Positions 28,560-41,900 of a stretch of DNA of 64,000 nt are shown one piece after another. The position numbers and the translations under genes are program-made. Positions within the stretch are counted from its first letter, which is position 1. Each line of letters begins with the position of its first letter. The notes beneath the pieces were generated by a model that worked only from the letters and a program-made list of their open reading frames with translations, ran no database searches and had not been told where the DNA came from. Origin of the DNA: Eledone cirrhosa (lineage: Eukaryota); assembly GCA_964016885.1 (NCBI GenBank), contig OZ024744.1, forward strand, positions 30,628,001 to 30,692,000, written 5' to 3'.

Positions 28560-31500
28560 CAGATTCCTGATGATTTCTAAAGAATGAAACACCTCTAGTC
28601 CTGTAGAACCTCATCTATATTAAACATTTTTGATACCCAGATTCCTGATGATTTCTAAAGAATGAAACAGTTCTAGTCCTTTAGAATCTCATCCATATTA
28701 AAATTTTTTGATACCCAGATTCCTGATGATTTCTAAAGAATGAAACAGTTCTAGTCCTTTAGAATCTCATCCATATTAAAATTTTTTGATACCCAGATTC
28801 CTGATGATTTCTAAAGAATGAAACAGTCCTAGTCGTGTAGAATCTCATCTATATTAAACATTTGTGATACCCAGATTCCTGATCATTTCTAAAGAATGAA
28901 ACAGTTCTCGTTCTGTAGAATCTCATCTATATTAAAAAATTTTGATACCCAGATTCCTGATGTTTTCTAAAGAATGAAACAGTTCTAGTCCTGTAGAATA
29001 TCATCTATACTAAAATGTTTTGATACCCAGTTTCCTGATGATTTTTAATGAATGAAACATTTCTAGTCCTGTAGAATCTCATCTATATTAACATTTTTTG
29101 ACACCCAGATTCCTGATGATTTCTAAAGAATGAAACAGTTCTAGTCCTGTAGAATCTCATCTATATTAACATTTTTTGACACCCAGATTCCTGATGATTT
29201 CTAAAGAATGAAACAGTTGAAGTTCAGTAGAATCTCATCTATATTAACACTTTTTGATACCCAGATTCCTGATGATTTCTAAAGAATGAAACAGTTCTAG
29301 TCCTGTAGAATCTAATCTATATTAACATTTTTTGATACCCAGATTCCTGATGATTTCCAAAGAATGAAACAGTTCTAGTCCTGTAGAATGTCATCTATAT
29401 TAAAATTTGTTGATACCCAGATTCCTGATGATTTCTAAAGAATGAAACAGTTCTAGTCCTGTAGAATCTCATGTATATTAACATTTTTTGATACCCAGAT
29501 TCCTGATGATTTCTAAAGAATGAAACAGTTCTAGTCCTGTAGAATCTCATCTATACTAACATTTTTTGATACCCAGATTCCTGGTGATTTCTAAAGAATG
29601 AAACAGTTCTCGTCCTGTAGAATCTCATCTATATTAAAAAATGTTGATACACAGATTCCTGATGTTTTCTAAAGAATGAAACAGTTCTAGTCCTGTAGAA
29701 TATCATCTATATTAAAATTTTTTGATACCCAGATTCCTGATGATTTCTAATGAATGAAACAGTTCTAGTCCTGTAGAATCTCATTTATATTAACATTTTT
29801 TGACACCCAGATTCCTGATGATTTCTAAAGAATGAAACAGTTCTAGTCCTGTAGAATCTCATCTATATTAAAAATTTTGATACCCACATTCCTGATGATT
29901 TCTAAAGAATGAAACAGTGCTAGTCCTGTAGAATCTCATCTATATTAACATTTTTTGATACCCAGATTCCTGATGATTTCTAGAGAATGAAACAGTTGTA
30001 GTTCAGTAGAATATCATCTATATTAAAAATTATTGATACCCAGATTCCTGATGATTTCTAAAGAATGAAACACCTCTAGTCCTGTAGAACCTCATCTATA
30101 TTAAACATTTTTGATACCCAGATTCCTGATGATTTCTAAAGAATGAAACAGTTCTAGTCCTTTAGAATCTCATCCATATTAAAATTTTTTGATACCCAGA
30201 TTCCTGATGATTTCTAAAGAATGAAACAGTCCTAGTCGTGTAGAATCTCATCTATATTAAACATTTGTGATACCCAGATTCCTGATGATTTCTAAAGAAT
30301 GAAACAGTTCTCGTTCTGTAGAATCTCATCTATATTAAAAAATTTTGATACCCAGATTCCTGATGTTTTCTAAATAATGAAACAGTTCTAGTCCTGTAGA
30401 ATATCATCTATACTAAAATGTTTTGATACCCAGTTTCCTGATGATTTCTAATGAATGAAACATTTCTAGTCCTGTAGAATCACATCTATATTAACATTTT
30501 TTGACACCCAGATTCCTGATGATTTCTAAAGAATGAAACAGTTCTAGTCCTGTAGAATCTCATCTATATTAACATTTTTTGACACCCAGATTCCTGATGA
30601 TTTCTAAAGAATGAAACAGTTGTAGTTCAGTAGAATCTCATCTATATTAACACTTTTTGATACCCAGATTCCTGATGATTTCTAAAGAATGAAACAGTTC
30701 TAGTCCTGTAGAATCTAATCTATATTAACATTTTTTGATACCCAGATTCCTGATGATTTCCAAAGAATGAAACAGTTCTAGTCCTGTAGAATGTCATCTA
30801 TATTAAAATTTGTTGATACCCAGATTCCTGATGATTTCTAAAGAATGAAACAGTTCTAGTCCTGTAGAATCTCATGTATATTAACATTTTTTGATACCCA
30901 GATTCCTGATGATTTCTAAAGAATGAAACAGTTCTAGTCCTGTAGAATCTCATCTATACTAACATTTTTTGATACCCAGATTCCTGGTGATTTCTAAAGA
31001 ATGAAACAGTTCTCGTCCTGTAGAATCTCATCTATATTAAAAAATGTTGATACACAGATTCCTGATGTTTTCTAAAGAATGAAACAGTTCTAGTCCTGTA
31101 GAATATCATCTATATTAAAATTTTTTGATACCCAGATTCCTGATGATTTCTAATGAATGAAACAGTTCTAGTCCTGTAGAATCTCATTTATATTAACATT
31201 TTTTGACACCCAGATTCCTGATGATTTCTAAAGAATGAAACAGTTCTAGTCCTGTAGAATCTCATCTATATTAAAAATTTTGATACCCACATTCCTGATG
31301 ATTTCTAAAGAATGAAACAGTGCTAGTCCTGTAGAATCTCATCTATATTAACATTTTTTGATACCCAGATTCCTGATGATTTCTAGAGAATGAAACAGTT
31401 GTAGTTCAGTAGAATATCATCTATATTAAAAATTATTGATACCCAGATTCCTGATGATTTCTAAAGAATGAAACACCTCTAGTCCTGTAGAATCTCATCT

Positions 31501-32720
31501 ATATTAAACATTTTTGATACCCAGATTCCTGATGATTTCTAAAGAATGAAACAGTTCTAGTCCTTTAGAATCTCATCCATATTAAAATTTTTTGATACCC
31601 AGATTCCTGATGATTTCTAAAGAATGAAACAGTCCTAGTCGTGTAGAATCTCATCTATATTAAACATTTGTGATACACAGATTCCTGATGATTTCTAAAG
31701 AATGAAACAGTTCTCGTTCTGTAGAATCTCATCTATATTAAAAAATTTTGATACCCAGATTCCTGATGTTTTCTAAATAATGAAACAGTTCTAGTCCTGT
31801 AGAATATCATCTATACTAAAATGTTTTGATACCCAGTTTCCTGATGATTTCTAATGAATGAAACATTTCTAGTCCTGTAGAATCTCATCTATATTAACAT
31901 TTTTTGACACCCAGATTCCTGATGATTTCTCAAGAATGAAACAGTTCTAGTCCTGTAGAATCTCATCTATATTAACATTTTTTGACACCCAGATTCCTGA
32001 TGATTTCTAAAGAATGAAACAGTTGTAGTTCAGTAGAATCTCATCTATATTAACACTTTTTGATACCCAGATTCCTGCTGATTTCTAAAGAATGAAACAG
32101 TTCTAGTCCTGTAGAATCTAATCTATATTAACATTTTTTGATACCCAGATTCCTGATGATTTCCAAAGAATGAAACAGTTCTAGTCCTGTAGAATGTCAT
32201 CTATATTAAAATTTGTTGATACCCAGATTCCTGATGATTTCTAAAGAATGAAACAGTTCTAGTCCTGTAGAATCTCATGTATATTAACATTTTTTGATAC
32301 CCAGATTCCTCATGATTTCTAAAGAATGAAACAGTTCTAGTCCTGTAGAATCTCATCTATACTAACATTTTTTGATACCCAGATTCCTGGTGATTTCTAA
32401 AGAATGAAACAGTTCTCGTCCTGTAGAATCTCATCTATATTAAAAAATGTTGATACACAGATTCCTGATGTTTTCTAAAGAATGAAACAGTTCTAGTCCT
32501 GTAGAATATCATCTATATTAAAATTTTTTGATACCCAGATTCCTGATGATTTCTAATGAATGAAACAGTTCTAGTCCTGTAGAATCTCATTTATATTAAC
32601 ATTTTTTGACACTCAGATTCCTGATGATTTCTAAAGAATGAAACAGTTCTAGTCCTGTAGAATCTCATCTATATTAAAAATTTTGATACCCACATTCCTG
32701 ATGATTTCTAAAGAATGAAA
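28560..32720. repeat. 18-monomer higher-order repeat (1403 bp), about 3 consecutive copies
   Basis: GTCGTG at 28834, 30237 and 31640. AATGTCAT at 29387, 30790 and 32193. TAAATAATGA at 30371/31774. All offsets are 1403. Confidence 0.9.
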
Positions 32721-32939
32721 CAGTTGTAGTTCAGTAGAATCTCATCTATATTAAAAATGTTTGATACCCAGATTCCTGATGATTTCTAAAGAATGAAACA
32801 CCTCTAGTCCTGTAGAACCTCATCTATATTAAACATTTTTGATACCCAGATTCCTGCTGATTTCTAAAGAATGAAACAGTTCTAGTTCTTTAGAATCTCA
32901 TCCATATTAAAATTTTTTGATACCCAGATTCCTGATGAT

Positions 32940-35900
32940 TTCTAAAGAATGAAACAGTTCTAGTCCTGAAGAATCTCATCTATATTAAAATTTTTTGATA
33001 CCCAGATTCCTGATGATTTCTAAAGAATGAAAGTGTTCTAGTCCTGTAGAATCTCATGTATATTAAAATTTTTTGATACCCAGATTCCTGATGATTTCTA
33101 AAGAATGAAACAGTTCTAGTCCTCTAGAATCTCATCTATACTAAAATTTTTTGATACCCAGATTGCTGGTGATTTCTAAAGAATGAAACAGTTCTAGTCC
33201 TGTAGAATCTCATCTATATTAAAAAATTTTGATACACAGATTCCTGATGATTTCTAAAGAATGAAACAGTGCTATTCCTGTAGAATCTCATCTATATTAA
33301 CATTTTTTGATACCCAGATTCCTGATGATTTCTAGAGAATGAAACAGTTCTAGTCCTGTAGAATCTCATCTACATTAACATTTTTTGATACCCAGATGTC
33401 TGATGAATTCTAAAGAATGAAACAGTTCTAGTCCTGTAGAATCTCATCTATATTAACATTTTTGATACCCAGATTCCTGATGATTTCTAAAGAATGAAAC
33501 AGTTCTAGTCCTGTAGTATCTCATCTATATTAACATTTTTTGACACCCAGATTCCTGATGATTTCTAAAGAATGAAACAGTTCTAGTCCTGTAGAATCTC
33601 ATCTATATTAAAATTTTTGGATAACCAGATTCCTGATGATTTCTAAAGAATGAAACAGTTCTAGTCCTTTAGAATCTTATCCATATTAAAATTTTTTGAT
33701 ACCCAGATTCCTGATGATTTCTAAAGAATGAAACAGTTCTAGTTCAGTAGAATCTCATCTATATTAACATTTTTTGACACCCAGATTCCTGATGATTTCT
33801 AAAGAATGAAACAGTTCTAGTCCTGTAGAATCTCATATATATTAACATTTTTTGATACCCAGATTCCTGATGATTTCTAAAGAATGAAACAGTTCTCGTC
33901 CTGTAGAACCTCATCTATATTAACATTTTTTGATACCCAGATTCCTGATGATTTCTAAAGAATGAAACAGTTCTAGTCCTGTAGAATCTCATATATATTA
34001 ACATTTTTTGACACCCAGATTCCTGATGATTTCTAAAGAATGAAACAGTCCTAGTCGTGTAGAATCTCATCTATATTAAACATTTGTGATACCCAGATTC
34101 CTGATGATTTCTAAAGAATGAAACAGTTCTCGTTCTGTAGAATCTCATCTATATTAACATTTTTTGATACCCAGATTCCTGATGATTTCTAAAGAATGAA
34201 ACAGTTCTGGTCCTGTAGAATCTCATCTATATTAAAAAATGTTGATACACAGATTCCTGATGTTTACTAAAGAATGAAACAGTTCTAGTCCTGCAGAATA
34301 TCATGTATATTAACATTTTTTGATACCCAGATTCCTGATGATTTCTAAAGAATGAAACAGTTCTAGTCCTGTAGAATCTCATCTATATTAAAACTTTTGA
34401 TACCCACATTCCTGATGATTTCTAAAGTATGAAACAGTTGTAGTTCAGTAGAATCTCATGTATATTAACACTTTTTGATACCCAGATTCCTGATGATTTC
34501 TAAAGAATGAAACAGTTCTAGTCCTGTAGAATCTCATCTATACTAACATTTTTTGATACCCAGATTCCTGGTGATTTCTAAAGAATGAAACAGTTCTCGT
34601 CCTGTAGAATCTCATCTATATTAAAAAGTGTTGATACACAGATTCCTGATGTTTTCTAAAGAATGAAACAGTTCTAGTCCTGTAGAATATCATCTATATT
34701 AAAATTTTTTGATACCCAGATTCCTGATGATTTCTAATGAATGAAACAGTTCTAGTCCTGTAGAATCTCATCTATATTAACATTTTTTGACACCCAGATT
34801 CCTGATGATTTCTAAAGAATGAAACAGTTCTAGTCCTGTAGAATCTCATCTATATTAAAACTTTTGATACCCAGATTCCTGATGATTTCTAAAGAATGAA
34901 ACAGTTCTAGTCCTGTAGAATCTCTTCTATATTAAAAATTTTGATACCCACATTCCTGATGATTTCTAAAGAATGAAACAGTTGTAGTTCAGTAGAATCT
35001 CATCTATATTAAAAATTTTTGATACCCAGATTCCTGATGATTTCTAAAGAATGAAACACCTCTAGTCCTGTAGAACCTCATCTATATTAAACATTTTTGA
35101 TACCCAGATTCCTGATGATTTCTAAAGAATGAAACAGTTCTAGTCCTTTAGAATCTCATCCATATTAAAATTTTTTGATACCCAGATTCCTGATGATTTC
35201 TAAAGAATGAAACAGTTCTAGTCCTTTAGAATCTCATCCATATTAAAATTTTTTGATACCCAGATTCCTGATGATTTCTAAAGAATGAAACAGTCCTAGT
35301 CGTGTAGAATCTCATCTATATTAAACATTTGTGATACCCAGATTCCTGATCATTTCTAAAGAATGAAACAGTTCTCGTTCTGTAGAATCTCATCTATATT
35401 AAAAAATTTTGATACCCAGATTCCTGATGTTTTCTAAAGAATGAAACAGTTCTAGTCCTGTAGAATATCATCTATACTAAAATGTTTTGATACCCAGTTT
35501 CCTGATGATTTTTAATGAATGAAACATTTCTAGTCCTGTAGAATCTCATCTATATTAACATTTTTTGACACCCAGATTCCTGATGATTTCTAAAGAATGA
35601 AACAGTTCTAGTCCTGTAGAATCTCATCTATATTAACATTTTTTGACACCCAGATTCCTGATGATTTCTAAAGAATGAAACAGTTGAAGTTCAGTAGAAT
35701 CTCATCTATATTAACACTTTTTGATACCCAGATTCCTGATGATTTCTAAAGAATGAAACAGTTCTAGTCCTGTAGAATCTAATCTATATTAACATTTTTT
35801 GATACCCAGATTCCTGATGATTTCCAAAGAATGAAACAGTTCTAGTCCTGTAGAATGTCATCTATATTAAAATTTGTTGATACCCAGATTCCTGATGATT

Positions 35901-38900
35901 TCTAAAGAATGAAACAGTTCTAGTCCTGTAGAATCTCATGTATATTAACATTTTTTGATACCCAGATTCCTGATGATTTCTAAAGAATGAAACAGTTCTA
36001 GTCCTGTAGAATCTCATCTATACTAACATTTTTTGATACCCAGATTCCTGGTGATTTCTAAAGAATGAAACAGTTCTCGTCCTGTAGAATCTCATCTATA
36101 TTAAAAAATGTTGATACACAGATTCCTGATGTTTTCTAAAGAATGAAACAGTTCTAGTCCTGTAGAATATCATCTATATTAAAATTTTTTGATACCCAGA
36201 TTCCTGATGATTTCTAATGAATGAAACAGTTCTAGTCCTGTAGAATCTCATTTATATTAACATTTTTTGACACCCAGATTCCTGATGATTTCTAAAGAAT
36301 GAAACAGTTCTAGTCCTGTAGAATCTCATCTATATTAAAAATTTTGATACCCACATTCCTGATGATTTCTAAAGAATGAAACAGTGCTAGTCCTGTAGAA
36401 TCTCATCTATATTAACATTTTTTGATACCCAGATTCCTGATGATTTCTAGAGAATGAAACAGTTCTAGTCCTGTAGAATCTCATCTATATTAACATTTTT
36501 TGATACCCAGAAGTCTGATGATTTCTAAAGAATGAAACAGTTCTAGTCCTCTAGAATCTCATCTATACTAAAATTTTTTGATACCCAGATTGCTGGTGAT
36601 TTCTAAAGAATGAAACAGTTCTAGTCCTGTAGAATCTCATCTATATTAAAAAATTTTGATACACAGATTCCTGATGATTTCTAAAGAATGAAACAGTGCT
36701 AGTCCTGTAGAATCTCATCTATATTAACATTTTCTGATACCCAGATTCCTGATGATTTCTAGAGAATGAAACAGTTCTAGTCCTGTAGAATCTCATCTAT
36801 ATTAACATTTTTGATACCCAGATTCCTGATGATTTCTAAAGAATGAAACAGTTCTAGTCCTGTAGTATCTCATCTATATTAACATTTTTTGACACCCAGA
36901 TTCCTGATGATTTCTAAAGAATGAAACAGTTCTAGTCCTGTAGAATCTCATCTATATTAAAATTTTTGGATAACCAGATTCCTGATGATTTCTAAAGAAT
37001 GAAACAGTTCTAGTCCTTTAGAATCTCATCCATATTAAAATTTTTTGATACCCAGATTCCTGATGATTTCTAAAGAATGAAACAGTTCTAGTCCTGTAGA
37101 ATCTCATCTATATTAAAATTTTTTGATACCCAGATTCCTGATGATTTCTAAAGAATGAAACAGTTCTCGTCCTCTAGAACCTCATCTATATTAACATTTT
37201 TTGATACCCAGATTCCTGATGATTTCTAAAGATTGAAACAGTTCTAGTCCTGTAGAATCTCATATATATTAACATTTTTTGACTCCCAGATTCCTGATGA
37301 TTTCTAAAGAATGAAACAGTCCTAGTCGTGTAGAATCTCATCTATATTAAACATTTGTGATACGCAGATTCCTGATGATTTCTAAAGAATGAAACAGTCC
37401 TAGTCGTGTAGAATCTCATCTATATTAAACATTTGTGATACCCAGATTCCTGATGATTTCTAAAGAATGAAACAGTTCTCGTCCTGTAGAATCTCATCTA
37501 TATTAAAAAATGTTGATACACAGATTCCTGATGTTTACTAAAGAATGAAACAGTTCTAGTCCTGCAGAATATCATCTATATTAACATTTTTTGATACCCA
37601 GATTCCTGATGATTTCTAATGAATGAAACAGTTCTAGTCCTGTAGAATCTCATCTATATTAACATTTTTTGACACCCAGATTCCTGATGATTTCTAAAGA
37701 ATGAAACAGATCTAGTCCTGTAGAATCTCATCTATATTAAAACTTTTGATACCCATATTCCTGATGATTTCTAAAGTATGAAACAGTTGTAGTTCAGTAG
37801 AATCTCATCTATATTAAAAATTTTTGATACCCAGATTCCTGATGATTTCTAAAGAATGAAACACCTCTAGTCCTGTAGAACCTCATCTATATTAAACATT
37901 TTTGATACCCAGATTCCTGATGATTTCTAAAGAATGAAACAGTTCTAGTCCTTTAGAATCTCATCCATATTAAAATTTTTTGATACCCAGATTCCTGATG
38001 ATTTCTAAAGAATGAAACAGTTCTAGTCCTGTAGAATCTCATCTATATTAAAATTTTTTGATACCCAGATTCCTGATGATTTCTAAAGAATGAAAGAGTT
38101 CTAGTCCTGTAGAATCTCATGTATATTAAAATTTTTTGATACCCAGATTCCTGATGATTTCTAAAGAATGAAACAGTTCTACTCCTGTAGAATCTCATCT
38201 ATACTAAAATTTTTTGATACCCAGATTCCTGGTGATTTCTAAAGAATGAAACAGTTCTAGTCCTGTAGAATCTCATCTATATTAAAAAATCTTGATACAC
38301 AGATTCCTGATGATTTCTAAAGAATGAAACAGTGCTAGTCCTGTAGAATCTCATCTATATTAACATTTTTTGATACCCAGATTCCTGATGATTTCTAGAG
38401 AATGAAACAGTTCTAGTCCTGTAGAATCTCATCTATATTAACATTTTTTGATACCCAGATGTCTGATGAATTCTAAAGAATGAAACAGTTCTAGTCCTGT
38501 AGAATCTCATCTATATTAACATTTTTGATACCCAGATTCCTGATGATTTCTAAAGAATGAAACAGTTCTAGTCCTGTAGTATCTCATCTATATTAATATT
38601 TTTTGACACCCAGATTCCTGATGATTTCTAAAGAATGAAACAGTTCTAGTCCTGTAGAATCTCATCTATATTAAAATTTTTTGATACCCAGATTCCTGAT
38701 GATTTCTAAAGAATGAAACAGTTCTAGTCCTGTAGAATCTCATCTATATTAAAATTTTTTTGATACCCAGATTCCTGATGATTTCTAAAGAATGAGACAG
38801 TTCTAGTCCTGTAGAATCTCATCTATATTAACATTTTTTGATACCCAGATTCCTGATGATTTCTAAAGAATGAAACAGTTCTAGTCCTTTAGAATCTCAA

Positions 38901-41900
38901 GCATATTAAAATTTTTTGATGCCCAGATTCCTGATAATTTCTAAAGAATGAAACAGTTCTAGTCCTGAAGAATCTCATCTATATTAAAATTTTTTGATAC
39001 CCAGATTCCTGATGATTTCTAAAGAATGAAAGTGTTCTAGTCCTGTAGAATCTCATGTATATTAAAATTTTTTGATACCCAGATTCCTGATGATTTCTAA
39101 AGAATGAAACAGTTCTAGTCCTCTAGAATCTCATCTATACTAAAATTTTTTGATACCCAGATTGCTGGTGATTTCTAAAGAATGAAACAGTTCTAGTCCT
39201 GTAGAATCTCATCTATATTAAAAAATTTTGATACACAGATTCCTGATGATTTCTAAAGAATGAAACAGTGCTATTCCTGTAGAATCTCATCTATATTAAC
39301 ATTTTTTGATACCCAGATTCCTGATGATTTCTAGAGAATGAAACAGTTCTAGTCCTGTAGAATCTCATCTACATTAACATTTTTTGATACCCAGATGTCT
39401 GATGAATTCTAAAGAATGAAACAGTTCTAGTCCTGTAGAATCTCATCTATATTAACATTTTTGATACCCAGATTCCTGATGATTTCTAAAGAATGAAACA
39501 GTTCTAGTCCTGTAGTATCTCATCTATATTAACATTTTTTGACACCCAGATTCCTGATGATTTCTAAAGAATGAAACAGTTCTAGTCCTGTAGAATCTCA
39601 TCTATATTAAAATTTTTGGATAACCAGATTCCTGATGATTTCTAAAGAATGAAACAGTTCTAGTCCTTTAGAATCTTATCCATATTAAAATTTTTTGATA
39701 CCCAGATTCCTGATGATTTCTAAAGAATGAAACAGTTCTAGTTCAGTAGAATCTCATCTATATTAACATTTTTTGACACCCAGATTCCTGATGATTTCTA
39801 AAGAATGAAACAGTTCTAGTCCTGTAGAATCTCATATATATTAACATTTTTTGATACCCAGATTCCTGATGATTTCTAAAGAATGAAACAGTTCTCGTCC
39901 TGTAGAACCTCATCTATATTAACATTTTTTGATACCCAGATTCCTGATGATTTCTAAAGAATGAAACAGTTCTAGTCCTGTAGAATCTCATATATATTAA
40001 CATTTTTTGACACCCAGATTCCTGATGATTTCTAAAGAATGAAAGAGTCCTAGTCGTGTAGAATCTCATCTATATTAAACATTTGTGATACCCAGATTCC
40101 TGATGATTTCTAAAGAATGAAACAGTTCTCGTTCTGTAGAATCTCATCTATATTAACATTTTTTGATACCCAGATTCCTGATGATTTCTAAAGAATGAAA
40201 CAGTTCTGGTCCTGTAGAATCTCATCTATATTAAAAAATGTTGATACACAGATTCCTGATGTTTACTAAAGAATGAAACAGTTCTAGTCCTGCAGAATAT
40301 CATGTATATTAACATTTTTTGATACCCAGATTCCTGATGATTTCTAAAGAATGAAACAGTTCTAGTCCTGTAGAATCTCATCTATATTAAAACTTTTGAT
40401 ACCCACATTCCTGATGATTTCTAAAGTATGAAACAGTTGTAGTTCAGTAGAATCTCATGTATATTAACACTTTTTGATACCCAGATTCCTGATGATTTCT
40501 AAAGAATGAAACAGTTCTAGTCCTGTAGAATCTCATCTATACTAACATTTTTTGATACCCAGATTCCTGGTGATTTCTAAAGAATGAAACAGTTCTCGTC
40601 CTGTAGAATCTCATCTATATTAAAAAGTGTTGATACACAGATTCCTGATGTTTTCTAAAGAATGAAACAGTTCTAGTCCTGTAGAATATCATCTATATTA
40701 AAATTTTTTGATACCCAGATTCCTGATGATTTCTAATGAATGAAACAGTTCTAGTCCTGTAGAATCTCATCTATATTAACATTTTTTGACACCCAGATTC
40801 CTGATGATTTCTAAAGAATGAAACAGTTCTAGTCCTGTAGAATCTCATCTATATTAAAACTTTTGATACCCAGATTCCTGATGATTTCTAAAGAATGAAA
40901 CAGTTCTAGTCCTGTAGAATCTCTTCTATATTAAAAATTTTGATACCCACATTCCTGATGATTTCTAAAGAATGAAACAGTTGTAGTTCAGTAGAATCTC
41001 ATCTATATTAAAAATTTTTGATACCCAGATTCCTGATGATTTCTAAAGAATGAAACACCTCTAGTCCTGTAGAACCTCATCTATATTAAACATTTTTGAT
41101 ACCCAGATTCCTGATGATTTCTAAAGAATGAAACAGTTCTAGTCCTTTAGAATCTCATCCATATTAAAATTTTTTGATACCCAGATTCCTGATGATTTCT
41201 AAAGAATGAAACAGTTCTAGTCCTTTAGAATCTCATCCATATTAAAATTTTTTGATACCCAGATTCCTGATGATTTCTAAAGAATGAAACAGTCCTAGTC
41301 GTGTAGAATCTCATCTATATTAAACATTTGTGATACCCAGATTCCTGATCATTTCTAAAGAATGAAACAGTTCTCGTTCTGTAGAATCTCATCTATATTA
41401 AAAAATTTTGATACCCAGATTCCTGATGTTTTCTAAAGAATGAAACAGTTCTAGTCCTGTAGAATATCATCTATACTAAAATGTTTTGATACCCAGTTTC
41501 CTGATGATTTTTAATGAATGAAACATTTCTAGTCCTGTAGAATCTCATCTATATTAACATTTTTTGACACCCAGATTCCTGATGATTTCTAAAGAATGAA
41601 ACAGTTCTAGTCCTGTAGAATCTCATCTATATTAACATTTTTTGACACCCAGATTCCTGATGATTTCTAAAGAATGAAACAGTTGAAGTTCAGTAGAATC
41701 TCATCTATATTAACACTTTTTGATACCCAGATTCCTGATGATTTCTAAAGAATGAAACAGTTCTAGTCCTGTAGAATCTAATCTATATTAACATTTTTTG
41801 ATACCCAGATTCCTGATGATTTCCAAAGAATGAAACAGTTCTAGTCCTGTAGAATGTCATCTATATTAAAATTTGTTGATACCCAGATTCCTGATGATTT